Below are positions 53,815 through 62,669 of a stretch of 64,000 bases of DNA, in pieces. The DNA lies in IMG/VR virus record IMGVR_UViG_3300036766_000194, positions 186,001 to 250,000 of that record; one strand, given 5' to 3'. Both the position numbers and the translations under genes were made by a program. Under the pieces are notes generated by a model. It was not told the origin of the DNA. It was given only the letters and a program-made list of their open reading frames with translations, and did not search any database. The number at the start of each line of letters is the position of its first letter. Within the stretch, counting starts at the first letter, position 1.

Positions 53815-53972
53815 GGGTGCCTCTATAATGAAAGCGAAAAATTGGTGCCTGCAATAACGAATTTTCGAACGAATAGAGTATTCATAGATAGACGGACGCT
53901 CTGTTCGGCGCAACCCGTCAAATCACAAAAACCAAAAATATTCTTTTTGTTTTTCAGTCATAGTCTCACCTT

Positions 53973-54046
53973 TGGAACGCCCGACGAGACTTGTACCCGC
54001 AACCTTCCCTTTTGAAGAGGGCTGCTCTACATTGAGCTACGGGCGT
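53973..54046 (-). tRNA. tRNA with UCA anticodon (opal suppressor or Trp-like; atypical)
   Basis: 7-bp acceptor ACGCCCG/CGGGCGT, U73, CCA; loop CT-TCA-AA; short variable arm; T loop TACAAGT and a D loop with a single G are non-canonical. Confidence 0.7.
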
Positions 54047-54053
54047 GTAGTTT

Positions 54054-54265
54054 TACCAAGATTCATATTCCGTTACGTCTAAACTATCGTTACACTTGTT
54101 ACAGCGGACTACAGTGTTTGGTCCAATTCCACTTGCCCCGCTCTGCGCTACAGTAATATTCTCTCCCTCACAATCAAACTGGTGGGTAAGAGGGATAAAT
54201 GGTCACGTTACCACTTCATGAGATCTGAACTTATAAAGATAGCAGGTTGGTTACAGGAACACCAT
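54054..54265 (-). pseudogene. Decayed small phage gene (...GIGPNTVVRCNKCNDSLDVTEYESW)
   Basis: Coupled ATG at 54265, but in-frame TAA (codon 5) and TGA (codon 21). Confidence 0.5.
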
Positions 54266-54408
54266 TACGAGAGAAATAGGATCAATTCGTATGAGCATTC
54301 CAGCAAAAGTAAATTGATAGATGCTTGTTTAAGAATTTCGTTAACAGCAAGTTGTAAATCAAGAGGTAACGGCGTTAATTGCCGTAACTCATCATCCAGA
54401 GATGACAT
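54265..54408 (-). CDS. 47-aa hypothetical protein
   Basis: AAGGAGAG SD; hand-translated. Confidence 0.45.
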   Translation of the reverse strand: MSSLDDELRQLTPLPLDLQLAVNEILKQASINLLLLECSYELILFLS

Positions 54409-54426
54409 TGTAACTCTCCTTAAAGA

Positions 54427-55065
54427 CTAGAACGACAAAATCCAACTAAAAATTAAATTGACTCCAGGCGGTAGTAAAAGAGGGGGTAGGGTCTTATAAT
54501 TTATTAGAGTAACTGAATTAGGACTCGGTCCTCCCCCATATGAAATGTCAGCGGGGTTCCAATAAGGAGCCGTAAGCATGTTGGTGGGAGTCTGCTTAGA
54601 TCCTCCTCCAATTAAGCCCATTTCTCTTATTCCCACACCTGTGATGTTATCTGTGGTTGCGTTAACAAGTGTTTGAAAATCCACAAGATTGGTAAACTTT
54701 GTAACCGGAGTAAAATTTATATTGTCTGTGGTCGTAACGAAATTTACAGTACTAAGCTGCTTACGCAATACCTGAGCGATGAGAGCCGTCTGACCAGGGG
54801 TTTCTGTAGGCTGGGTATCAGGACTCCAGGTGGGATCTCCAGTTCCTAGAGCCAGTCCCCAAACCGCATAGAGACAATCGCTTGATAGAACATTCGGTCC
54901 CGAAATGAGAGCCGTATTGGGGAGGTTATTCGCCATGAGTCTAGCAAACAAACTCTTAACTGTGTTGACTATAACATTGGGACTCTGCCACAGAATTTCT
55001 CCCGTATCTTGACGAATGATACGCGGTAGCCCCTTTACAACTGTGTTTTCGACATGCTCTAGCAT
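54427..55065 (-). CDS. Baseplate-module protein
   Basis: LALGTGDPTW and IREMGLIGG motifs common in myovirus baseplate/collar proteins. Confidence 0.65.
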   Translation of the reverse strand: MLEHVENTVVKGLPRIIRQDTGEILWQSPNVIVNTVKSLFARLMANNLPNTALISGPNVLSSDCLYAVWGLALGTGDPTWSPDTQPTETPGQTALIAQVLRKQLSTVNFVTTTDNINFTPVTKFTNLVDFQTLVNATTDNITGVGIREMGLIGGGSKQTPTNMLTAPYWNPADISYGGGPSPNSVTLINYKTLPPLLLPPGVNLIFSWILSF

Positions 55066-55087
55066 AGTGCTCCTCTAAAATAATACC

Positions 55088-55344
55088 TTTTAGTCATTCC
55101 AAATAGTTATATTGGCTTTACAGTTAAGACATCGACCTATCCAGTGGGTTATGTTTTCTCCCCCTTGAGATCTTGGAAGAAAGTTCAGCCGTACTGGTGG
55201 CATGGGTCCGTTACATCCAGGGCATTTCTTTCCTCGTTCTCCAGAGTGTTGAAGATCTGAAGCGTCGGCTGAATAAGCGTTTCTTCCTTCTACATACCAA
55301 AGAGTTCCAACATCAGCAGTTTTATTTTCACCACATTTGCATCC
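55088..55344 (-). repeat. 257-bp inverted repeat, copy B (partner 16269..16525)
   Basis: Exact reverse complement of 16269..16525. Confidence 0.95.
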
Positions 55345-56055
55345 TGGAGGACATTTGCAATTTGCGCCGCATTTGCAGTTGGGACCGCAATGACAGCTTG
55401 AACTGGCCTGAATCTTCTGTAGCAATCTACTTTTCCACTGTTGTTCCACGGGAAGTACTCCTGTCGGTTTACCCATCTGGTCATACACAATTACATATAA
55501 CGGTTTGGGTTGGGTTTTCAATTGTCTATTTCTATACATCTGGATGACCCGCTGAGCATCATTTATAGTCGGCTTGATCGGTATTGCTTTAGCAAACTCT
55601 ATTTTACGGACCTGTGGAGCACGTTGTATATATGTTGCCGAGGTTATCACCCGTTCTTGTGTCTCTTGAACAAACGTCTGGGGAAGTTTAAACAACCCCC
55701 TATAAGTTTGTAGAGTGGGATCGTGTCCTACGTCAGGTGTACTTGCCTGGGTTGAATTTTCCATAGACAAACCAGCAAAACAATTTAAAGCACGCGCATA
55801 AATGTCTGTGATAACATCTTTGTCATAGCGCAAACTAAGCATAAAAGTAGCGACTTCGTCAAGAAGAACTCCTAGAGCTTCTTGCGTAACCGTAACCATA
55901 TTCTTTGGTTCGTCCACAACAAGTGGGAATTTTAAGGAGAATCTTGTGAAGTTGGGTATTCCTAAATCTAATTCTATAACGACACAAGGGGTAGCATCAC
56001 GGATAATCGTGATTTCTAATTCTCCAGCAACAGGCGAAATGTAGGAAATCTTCAT
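55090..56055 (-). CDS. Mosaic protein with a metallothionein-like Cys cluster and a C-terminal Zn ribbon
   Basis: CHCGPNCKCGANCKCPPGCKCG; CPGCNG...CLNCK. Confidence 0.75.
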   Translation of the reverse strand: MKISYISPVAGELEITIIRDATPCVVIELDLGIPNFTRFSLKFPLVVDEPKNMVTVTQEALGVLLDEVATFMLSLRYDKDVITDIYARALNCFAGLSMENSTQASTPDVGHDPTLQTYRGLFKLPQTFVQETQERVITSATYIQRAPQVRKIEFAKAIPIKPTINDAQRVIQMYRNRQLKTQPKPLYVIVYDQMGKPTGVLPVEQQWKSRLLQKIQASSSCHCGPNCKCGANCKCPPGCKCGENKTADVGTLWYVEGRNAYSADASDLQHSGERGKKCPGCNGPMPPVRLNFLPRSQGGENITHWIGRCLNCKANITIWND

Positions 56056-56058
56056 ATA

Positions 56059-57294
56059 CTATACCATCAAAAATCCGTTAAATATATCACCGCCGGAAAT
56101 CTCCCATGCTTGATTGATACGTGGCGCAAGAACACCTGGTGGAACACCTCTATTAGTCCACACCACCGTACCATCGGTTGTTGTTCCGTCTACACTAGAA
56201 GAGAAAGCAAAGGCAGAAGTGTTAGTCCAGGTGATGTGGTTATCTACAACAGTTCCCGATAAGATACGACTGAAAGTTGGGACTCCTGTTCCCGATTTCT
56301 GGTCCCCTGTAACCGCTGTAACTGTCTGAATATTGTTATTCAAATCTCTTATCTTATCTCCAATATTGTAGACGTGAGAAGAGACCCAATAGGGGTAGGT
56401 GGTTCCTGCTGTCGTAACTTGCTGCACAAAACCATTTAAATCTAAGATTGAATCTCCTATGGCGGGACTTCCGGTAAATCCGTAAGCCTGACCACGGTTG
56501 TAGTAGGAGTTAATGGGCCAACCTGACACCATAGCTAATCCAGTATGAGGGGTGGTTGGTAGAAGGTCGGGAACCAAGAATAATTGAGGAGGAAAAGTAT
56601 CTCCTTCAATTTGACGAACAAAAATGCGTAAAGTATCCTGTATGCTTAGGATGAAAGCATCAATGTCTTCACCCGAACCGAACACAGTGGCTAGATTTAG
56701 TCCCACATGGGCTGGTTTAGCTAAGTTTATAGCCCCTGATAAAGTCTGTGTTATAGCTTGAAGTTGATTTAAATCTGAAATACTATTTAAAGATCCTCCA
56801 ACACTTATGCTTACGTTAAGACTGTTACGATCTGACTGATCATAAAACTGACCAATTAGCTTATACAGTTCTACTATCTTGATATTGAGTCCTGTGTATG
56901 CTGAGATCACCCTTTCTATCCCGTCTACCTTGGACCCTTCCAAATAAGCCTGTATTAACTGAACTAACATAGTACGATAAGCTATGTCAGACTGAGTGTC
57001 TTGAGGATAGATACGACTGATAGATAAGGGTTCTGACCAACGACGACGAATATCCGGAGGAGTAAGGTAACTTGGGTTTTTGTTTACCTGATCGTAGGCA
57101 TAATTGTATTCCAATTGAGCCAATTCTATAGCCACAGCACGGAGAATCTCTCCCCATATACTTTGGTCATTTCTAGGTGTGTAGTAATTAGCAGTGGCTT
57201 GTAACAACGAGTTCATTAGAGCATCTTCATATTGAAGAAGATCTTCTCGTGTTCTTATGTAAAGATTATCTGCTTGTTGGGTAGGTACGCTCAT
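56059..57294 (-). CDS. Baseplate wedge protein (gpI/gp7-like) with nested Trp-bounded modules
   Basis: YRTMLVQLIQAYLEGSKVDGIERVISAYTG; KPAHVG. Confidence 0.7.
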   Translation of the reverse strand: MSVPTQQADNLYIRTREDLLQYEDALMNSLLQATANYYTPRNDQSIWGEILRAVAIELAQLEYNYAYDQVNKNPSYLTPPDIRRRWSEPLSISRIYPQDTQSDIAYRTMLVQLIQAYLEGSKVDGIERVISAYTGLNIKIVELYKLIGQFYDQSDRNSLNVSISVGGSLNSISDLNQLQAITQTLSGAINLAKPAHVGLNLATVFGSGEDIDAFILSIQDTLRIFVRQIEGDTFPPQLFLVPDLLPTTPHTGLAMVSGWPINSYYNRGQAYGFTGSPAIGDSILDLNGFVQQVTTAGTTYPYWVSSHVYNIGDKIRDLNNNIQTVTAVTGDQKSGTGVPTFSRILSGTVVDNHITWTNTSAFAFSSSVDGTTTDGTVVWTNRGVPPGVLAPRINQAWEISGGDIFNGFLMV

Positions 57295-57297
57295 GAA

Positions 57298-60200
57298 TTA
57301 ACTCGTTTTGTAATCCAGCTGTATTCTTCCCGGTACGAAATATTCAGTGCTTGATATCTGTATATCCTTGGCTCCGCCTTCTCCAAAAACTTGATAAGTT
57401 ACAAAATAGGACTGTAATCCTGGATTTGCTATAGTAGAAGGAATAGTGATTAGAATTTTCTGAGCATAAGAAGAGCTTAGGGATTGAGTACTGCTTATTT
57501 GATCATTTGTTCCAATTATGTAGAAACTAGGAACAGTACTATTTACTAGGAAATCTTGAACACTTGTAGCTCTACGATACGCTTGTCCTTGATACAACAA
57601 TCCTACATAAGCAGTTGAGGATCCTCCTCCGGGGATAGTCGCATCGGGGAGAACAGCAGAATTGGTTATAAATGACTGTATGGGTAATTGTAAGTTTGTA
57701 AAAGAAGGATCCGAACTTAAAGGATTCCAGGTTGTCTGTGAAGGGACCACAATTCCTATGTCATAAGCTCCATCACTCTTAGCAAACTTTATCAAAGGAA
57801 GCTGTACATTGGTAACTCCTGTTACAGACTTAACCTGACGAACAACTTCGGACATGACCAACTTATTACCGGGTACATTGTCTAAAACAATGCTAATCAT
57901 GCTACGGATCTTGGCATCTATAACATCCGGAGATACCTGGGAAGAGATCTCCACCACCATTGTTATATCAACGGGGTTAGCAATCATTGACTTAACCAGG
58001 ACATCTGCTGCTGCGTGCTTTGTTACCGCAATTTGAGTTGCTAACTGATTAACAAAAGCAGGATATTGGGTACTTATTGAAAATGTCTCATTGATGAAGT
58101 AGCTAACTTTCACCGTAGACCCCGTAGGGATCTGTCCTGTAAGAATTCTTGCTAGGCTTGCTATTCCACTGGTGGAATTATATACTAGAGAAAAGTCAAT
58201 CCCTTCACGCATAACAACATCAATACCTGCTACGGTAAGTGTTACTTTTATGTATCGGTTATCGTGAGCAATTCCTGCTCCGGTTAACCCCGTTGCTAAG
58301 AGAGGATCGGTGTTAAAACCGTCCAAAGACAGTTGAGTGAAGTCATAAGACTCAGGCATCCACACGTTATGAATAAACCCCGAGTTTGCCAATTGGCTAG
58401 AAACAGTTCCATTAAGAGTTGTGTTTTCTTGATTTACAAATGTAACCTGTTCATATAGAGAATACTTGTAATATGAAACCACCAAAACAGGGGGATTGAC
58501 ACTGGCTGGGGCAGGAATGCTCCCTGTAGAAACCCTATTCAAACTCCAGTTGTTATAACGTCCAGTCCTAACCAAGGTGTAATCCACCCCATAAGTATAC
58601 AAGGTAGAAAGGTCCCCACTACGAACAACTAAGGAAGGTAACACCTGACCGTTGATGGTTTTTTGTAGAACTACGTTTGCTCCCGAATCAACGTCAACGG
58701 ACATTGCGTTATCAATAGAAACTATGGAAGAAGTTAACGAGACATTTTTAGTTGTCTGTAATAGGCTAGAAGACGGAATCAAAATCGTATCTCCTGCTAA
58801 CTGAGAACCCCCATTCAATAGAAAATCTTGGGTGCGTACTAGTTGTATTGAAGTAGGAGAAACCACCCCGGTATTCTGATTTCCAGTTACGCTATTCACA
58901 GAAATAATGGGTTGTAGGGTAGGAACATTGTTCAAAGGAGTATGAATTCTAGCAAACATTCCTATGCTATAGGTTCCAGCAGAAGCGGATTGTAAGGCAT
59001 TGACAGCCACTGAATTTGTAGCCGAAACACCTGCTATGACAAGAGGTTGCTGAGATACAAATACAGAATTTCCTACCAGTTGATAGGCTAATTCGTTGGG
59101 ATTCAAGAAAAGAAACCCATCTGTATTGTCAATGAAAGAATTCAAAGTACCTAAATAAAACGATTGACCACCTCGTTGTACAATAACTTCTACTGCCTGT
59201 TCTAAAGGAGAAGTTAGCTGAGAAAACCCACTTATAGAAAATTTCAAAATACTGCGATCCACAAGAGTCAAGGGAGTGTAAGCACTAAATGTCCCCTGAG
59301 GAGCAGTGTTTTGATATTGATAAATCGCGGTTTCTGTCTGCTGAGAATTGGACGAACCACGAACATATAAATCAACTGTACCAAAGACGTGTTTCTGTCG
59401 AATAGGATCCCAATCACGCAGCATCTCTAGATCCCCAGCGGCCACAACATTAGCAGCAACAATAGAAGGAATAGCACGAGCCTGAATTAAGTATCCATTC
59501 CGTGTTCCTGTATCAACTCCAGTAACAATACGGTCCTGAATCTGGGCTGCATAAACAGAATTGTTTTGGCTGTCAGTTCCAAAATTAGCCGGAACTAAGT
59601 TTGTTACACTCCAACCTTGAGGTCCCCCACTAACCACTGTAGTAATTGTTCCTACTCCTACATTTCCAATACTTCCAGTGGTTGTACACTGAGCGGGAAC
59701 TATCACCTGGTATCTTCCATATTGGGAATCGAAAAAACTGGACGCGGAGGCAGGAGAAATAGACGCACTTCCTGTAGTTACAAAATTTAACGCAGGAGTC
59801 TGAGAGTTTGGGCTAGTTGCTACAATAGCTCCTTGAGGGATAACTATAGATTGTAGAGGTTTAGTGTATGTGTAGAAAGTAAGATTAACAACCGCTGTTG
59901 TAGATCCCCCTCTCACAACACCTGCCTGCTCACCCAACATATCAAACTGCTTATTGATGAATGCCTGTGTATCAGAAGCCTTCATTCCATAAGCTCTAGA
60001 AATCTGCTGTTTTATAGGAGAATCAGAGTAAGAGTCACTAATTCCATCATTATTAGCATCATCAATCTGAGTAATAGCACTGATACTAGAAGCCATATGA
60101 CTGAACCACTCTCGAACAGACATGTTAGATAGTTCTACTGCGATAGGATCAATAACTAAGTCACGCAATTCGGAACGAGGAGTTAAGTCTAGTTGAGGAT

Positions 60201-61215
60201 AGGCGCGAGTAATTTGAGAGATCATTCTCCCTGCTATATCCTCCTTACGCTGTAATCCTAAAAAGTCTGTAGGATTTACCTTCTTTAGATTGACAAAACC
60301 ACAAGTAAGAGGACCATTCTGCTGAGACTCAAACACCACGTTGGTAGTGGGGTCTTGAATAACTGTAGAAAATAAGGCATAAAACTTGTCCGAATTGATA
60401 GCTGAGGTAGGGACAAAAATAGAACTATAATTGGTTGTTTGGGTTGAAGTAACAGTGGTTGCTGTGGTAGTGTTTCCACTAACGACCGTGGTGGTATTAG
60501 AAGTAACCGGGTCGTTTGATGTCCTGCTGATGGTTGTTACCAAGTCTCCAAATTGAGTATAGGGTATCGTAACCCCGGAAGAATCTGTTGATAATACAGC
60601 TCTTACACCTAAAAATCCGGTGAAAGGGGGAGTTGCCCATTCTAATTGACAAGATTGGGAACCCTTATAAGCTCTTAAAGCTGATGGAGGACTAATCTTT
60701 AAAGCTAGTCCTGAATTGAAGAATAGAAGAGTAAACTTAGAAGTCGGTGTTATAGCGATGGGCCCTAAACACTTCCAAATAACTGTTCCATCTGTGGTAA
60801 TAGAACTTGGTACAGTTCCCCAAGTAGGTGCTGTGAACCCCGTAATCCCTGCGATCAAAACTACCTGAACATTTCCATTGCTATCGGTAACTCTATAACC
60901 CACAGCAAGAGAAGTAGAAGTGGCCCATACTACGTTTGGGACATAATTTCTTCCCGTAATCTGTACAGTTGTTGAAGCTACACTAGTGTCTAGAGGTATG
61001 GTCCCAGAAAATGTGTTAAAAAATCCTGTAACAGGATTTGAAAATACCAGAGTCTGACTGTAGATAGAAATTTCTAAACGTATGGTATTAGCATCGGTTT
61101 GAACCTTAAAAGGTAAGATAGAAGTGTCAACAGACAGAGTGCTTACCCCTTCTGTAGAAGGTATGTAAGGCGACAAAATAGATATAGGTGTTAAGCTAGA
61201 AATCGGTGCTGACAT
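57298..61215 (-). CDS. Baseplate J/gp6-like protein (large)
   Basis: LDLTPRSELRDLVIDP, GVVRGGSTTAVVNLTFY, QCTTTGSIGNV, VTNLVPANFGTD, GTRNGY, GTVDLYV. Confidence 0.85.
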   Translation of the reverse strand: MSAPISSLTPISILSPYIPSTEGVSTLSVDTSILPFKVQTDANTIRLEISIYSQTLVFSNPVTGFFNTFSGTIPLDTSVASTTVQITGRNYVPNVVWATSTSLAVGYRVTDSNGNVQVVLIAGITGFTAPTWGTVPSSITTDGTVIWKCLGPIAITPTSKFTLLFFNSGLALKISPPSALRAYKGSQSCQLEWATPPFTGFLGVRAVLSTDSSGVTIPYTQFGDLVTTISRTSNDPVTSNTTTVVSGNTTTATTVTSTQTTNYSSIFVPTSAINSDKFYALFSTVIQDPTTNVVFESQQNGPLTCGFVNLKKVNPTDFLGLQRKEDIAGRMISQITRAYPQLDLTPRSELRDLVIDPIAVELSNMSVREWFSHMASSISAITQIDDANNDGISDSYSDSPIKQQISRAYGMKASDTQAFINKQFDMLGEQAGVVRGGSTTAVVNLTFYTYTKPLQSIVIPQGAIVATSPNSQTPALNFVTTGSASISPASASSFFDSQYGRYQVIVPAQCTTTGSIGNVGVGTITTVVSGGPQGWSVTNLVPANFGTDSQNNSVYAAQIQDRIVTGVDTGTRNGYLIQARAIPSIVAANVVAAGDLEMLRDWDPIRQKHVFGTVDLYVRGSSNSQQTETAIYQYQNTAPQGTFSAYTPLTLVDRSILKFSISGFSQLTSPLEQAVEVIVQRGGQSFYLGTLNSFIDNTDGFLFLNPNELAYQLVGNSVFVSQQPLVIAGVSATNSVAVNALQSASAGTYSIGMFARIHTPLNNVPTLQPIISVNSVTGNQNTGVVSPTSIQLVRTQDFLLNGGSQLAGDTILIPSSSLLQTTKNVSLTSSIVSIDNAMSVDVDSGANVVLQKTINGQVLPSLVVRSGDLSTLYTYGVDYTLVRTGRYNNWSLNRVSTGSIPAPASVNPPVLVVSYYKYSLYEQVTFVNQENTTLNGTVSSQLANSGFIHNVWMPESYDFTQLSLDGFNTDPLLATGLTGAGIAHDNRYIKVTLTVAGIDVVMREGIDFSLVYNSTSGIASLARILTGQIPTGSTVKVSYFINETFSISTQYPAFVNQLATQIAVTKHAAADVLVKSMIANPVDITMVVEISSQVSPDVIDAKIRSMISIVLDNVPGNKLVMSEVVRQVKSVTGVTNVQLPLIKFAKSDGAYDIGIVVPSQTTWNPLSSDPSFTNLQLPIQSFITNSAVLPDATIPGGGSSTAYVGLLYQGQAYRRATSVQDFLVNSTVPSFYIIGTNDQISSTQSLSSSYAQKILITIPSTIANPGLQSYFVTYQVFGEGGAKDIQISSTEYFVPGRIQLDYKTS

Positions 61216-61234
61216 TATGAGGTCGCCTTTTTCA

Positions 61235-61996
61235 TTATGACGTAGCCTTTAAAGAAAAATTTAACGGCATTGTTTGTCCTGAATACGATGACACGGTAGC
61301 TGAGATATTTACCAAAGTGGGATCGTTAGGATCCAAGTCGGCTGACACGCTGACAATGTCTTTTAAAATCTCAGGAAGATCTAGAGTTTGTATAGTACGT
61401 TGTGCTAATTGTATTTGTTTCATACTATCCAAGACCCTGGTTACTTCCGAAGCTATGTCCGAATCGGTTATCGTAAAACCGTATTTCTGACCAATAAAAT
61501 CCTTAATTCTACAAGTGAAAGAAGGATAAAACGCGCAACGAGATGTTAAGATAAATTTCAATGCTCTCTGATATAGTTTCAAATTTCCACCTATCTTAGC
61601 CAGAACCCCCCCACTGTTCTGTTCGAAGTTGTTCAATCTACCTATTCCATTACACTTTAAGCAAAATAGTTTTTGTGTTAGATAGCTAACCTCGATGAGG
61701 GGGTTAAAAAGTCTAACTTCTCTATTGAAAACAATCTTGTAGAAAATTACTCCTGCTTCCAGGATACGATTTGTATCCTTGATCACTTGATACCCATAAA
61801 TAGAATCATTTATGTTAACTAGATTTCCTTGTATATAAACTTTCACTTGGTCTGTTCCATTAATTGGCGCACGTTGATTTATAGCCGTGTTTCCCACATA
61901 ATTGAGGGTTCTCAAATCACTAGGACTTATGATATAGCGTTCATTGCTCTGAGAATGATCACAAACCATCAATGATGTGTTAAAATCGTATGACAT
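61235..61996 (-). CDS. Baseplate gp25/W-like wedge protein with Zn finger
   Basis: CLKCNGIG...LYQRALKFILT...DPNDPTLVNISATV. Confidence 0.7.
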   Translation of the reverse strand: MSYDFNTSLMVCDHSQSNERYIISPSDLRTLNYVGNTAINQRAPINGTDQVKVYIQGNLVNINDSIYGYQVIKDTNRILEAGVIFYKIVFNREVRLFNPLIEVSYLTQKLFCLKCNGIGRLNNFEQNSGGVLAKIGGNLKLYQRALKFILTSRCAFYPSFTCRIKDFIGQKYGFTITDSDIASEVTRVLDSMKQIQLAQRTIQTLDLPEILKDIVSVSADLDPNDPTLVNISATVSSYSGQTMPLNFSLKATS

Positions 61997-62656
61997 TTAA
62001 AATGTCCTATCCACGAATTTAAGGTCAATTGGAGCACCAGGTGTAGACCTGTTATGTTGCTCCAATTCCCAAGTAGTTGGAGTATCCAAAGGATGAACAC
62101 GGAAGTAAGGTTCTTTACTATTCTGTGGGTAATTCTCCGTCTTATCCTTCACTAAGACTGCTTGGTATTGTTTTTGAGCAAATAGACTTTCAATTTCCTG
62201 CAACAGAATAGGAATTTGAGTAACAGCATCTTTAGCATATTGGGCTTTATCTTCGTTCTTTTCAATAAGATTACGAAGATGATTCATGTGAAAAACTGCC
62301 TCATCTTGACGATTCAACTGTTCCTTGTAATATTTCTTGATTTCTGATGTAACTACCATAGGCATATGATCATTACGAGGAGCGGGGACGAAGTGCCCAT
62401 GGGGACCCGGTTGCCAAGATGCTTTGTCAAAAGTAGGAGACAAAATTTCATCGTTAGAACTACGATACCATTCTTCTAAAACTCCTGCTGTTTTTCTTAG
62501 TTGAGTAGCTCGTATTTGATAAGCCTGTTGTATTGCTGGAAATTTTTTTAAACGAACATTTAACCAACTCTTAAATACTTCTTTTTGAGTTTCAGAAAAT
62601 GTCCCAAGGAAATTGAAGGGTGGACCTGGGTAAGAATATTTGAATGAATTAGCCAC
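61997..62656 (-). CDS. Hypothetical protein
   Basis: AAGGAGG SD; abuts the next gene. Confidence 0.7.
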   Translation of the reverse strand: MANSFKYSYPGPPFNFLGTFSETQKEVFKSWLNVRLKKFPAIQQAYQIRATQLRKTAGVLEEWYRSSNDEILSPTFDKASWQPGPHGHFVPAPRNDHMPMVVTSEIKKYYKEQLNRQDEAVFHMNHLRNLIEKNEDKAQYAKDAVTQIPILLQEIESLFAQKQYQAVLVKDKTENYPQNSKEPYFRVHPLDTPTTWELEQHNRSTPGAPIDLKFVDRTF

Positions 62657-62669
62657 ACGTCCTCCTTCC

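Noticed and set aside
53973-54046. UCA tRNA as tRNA-Sec
   Set aside because: Short variable arm and 7-bp acceptor stem; no sel genes seen
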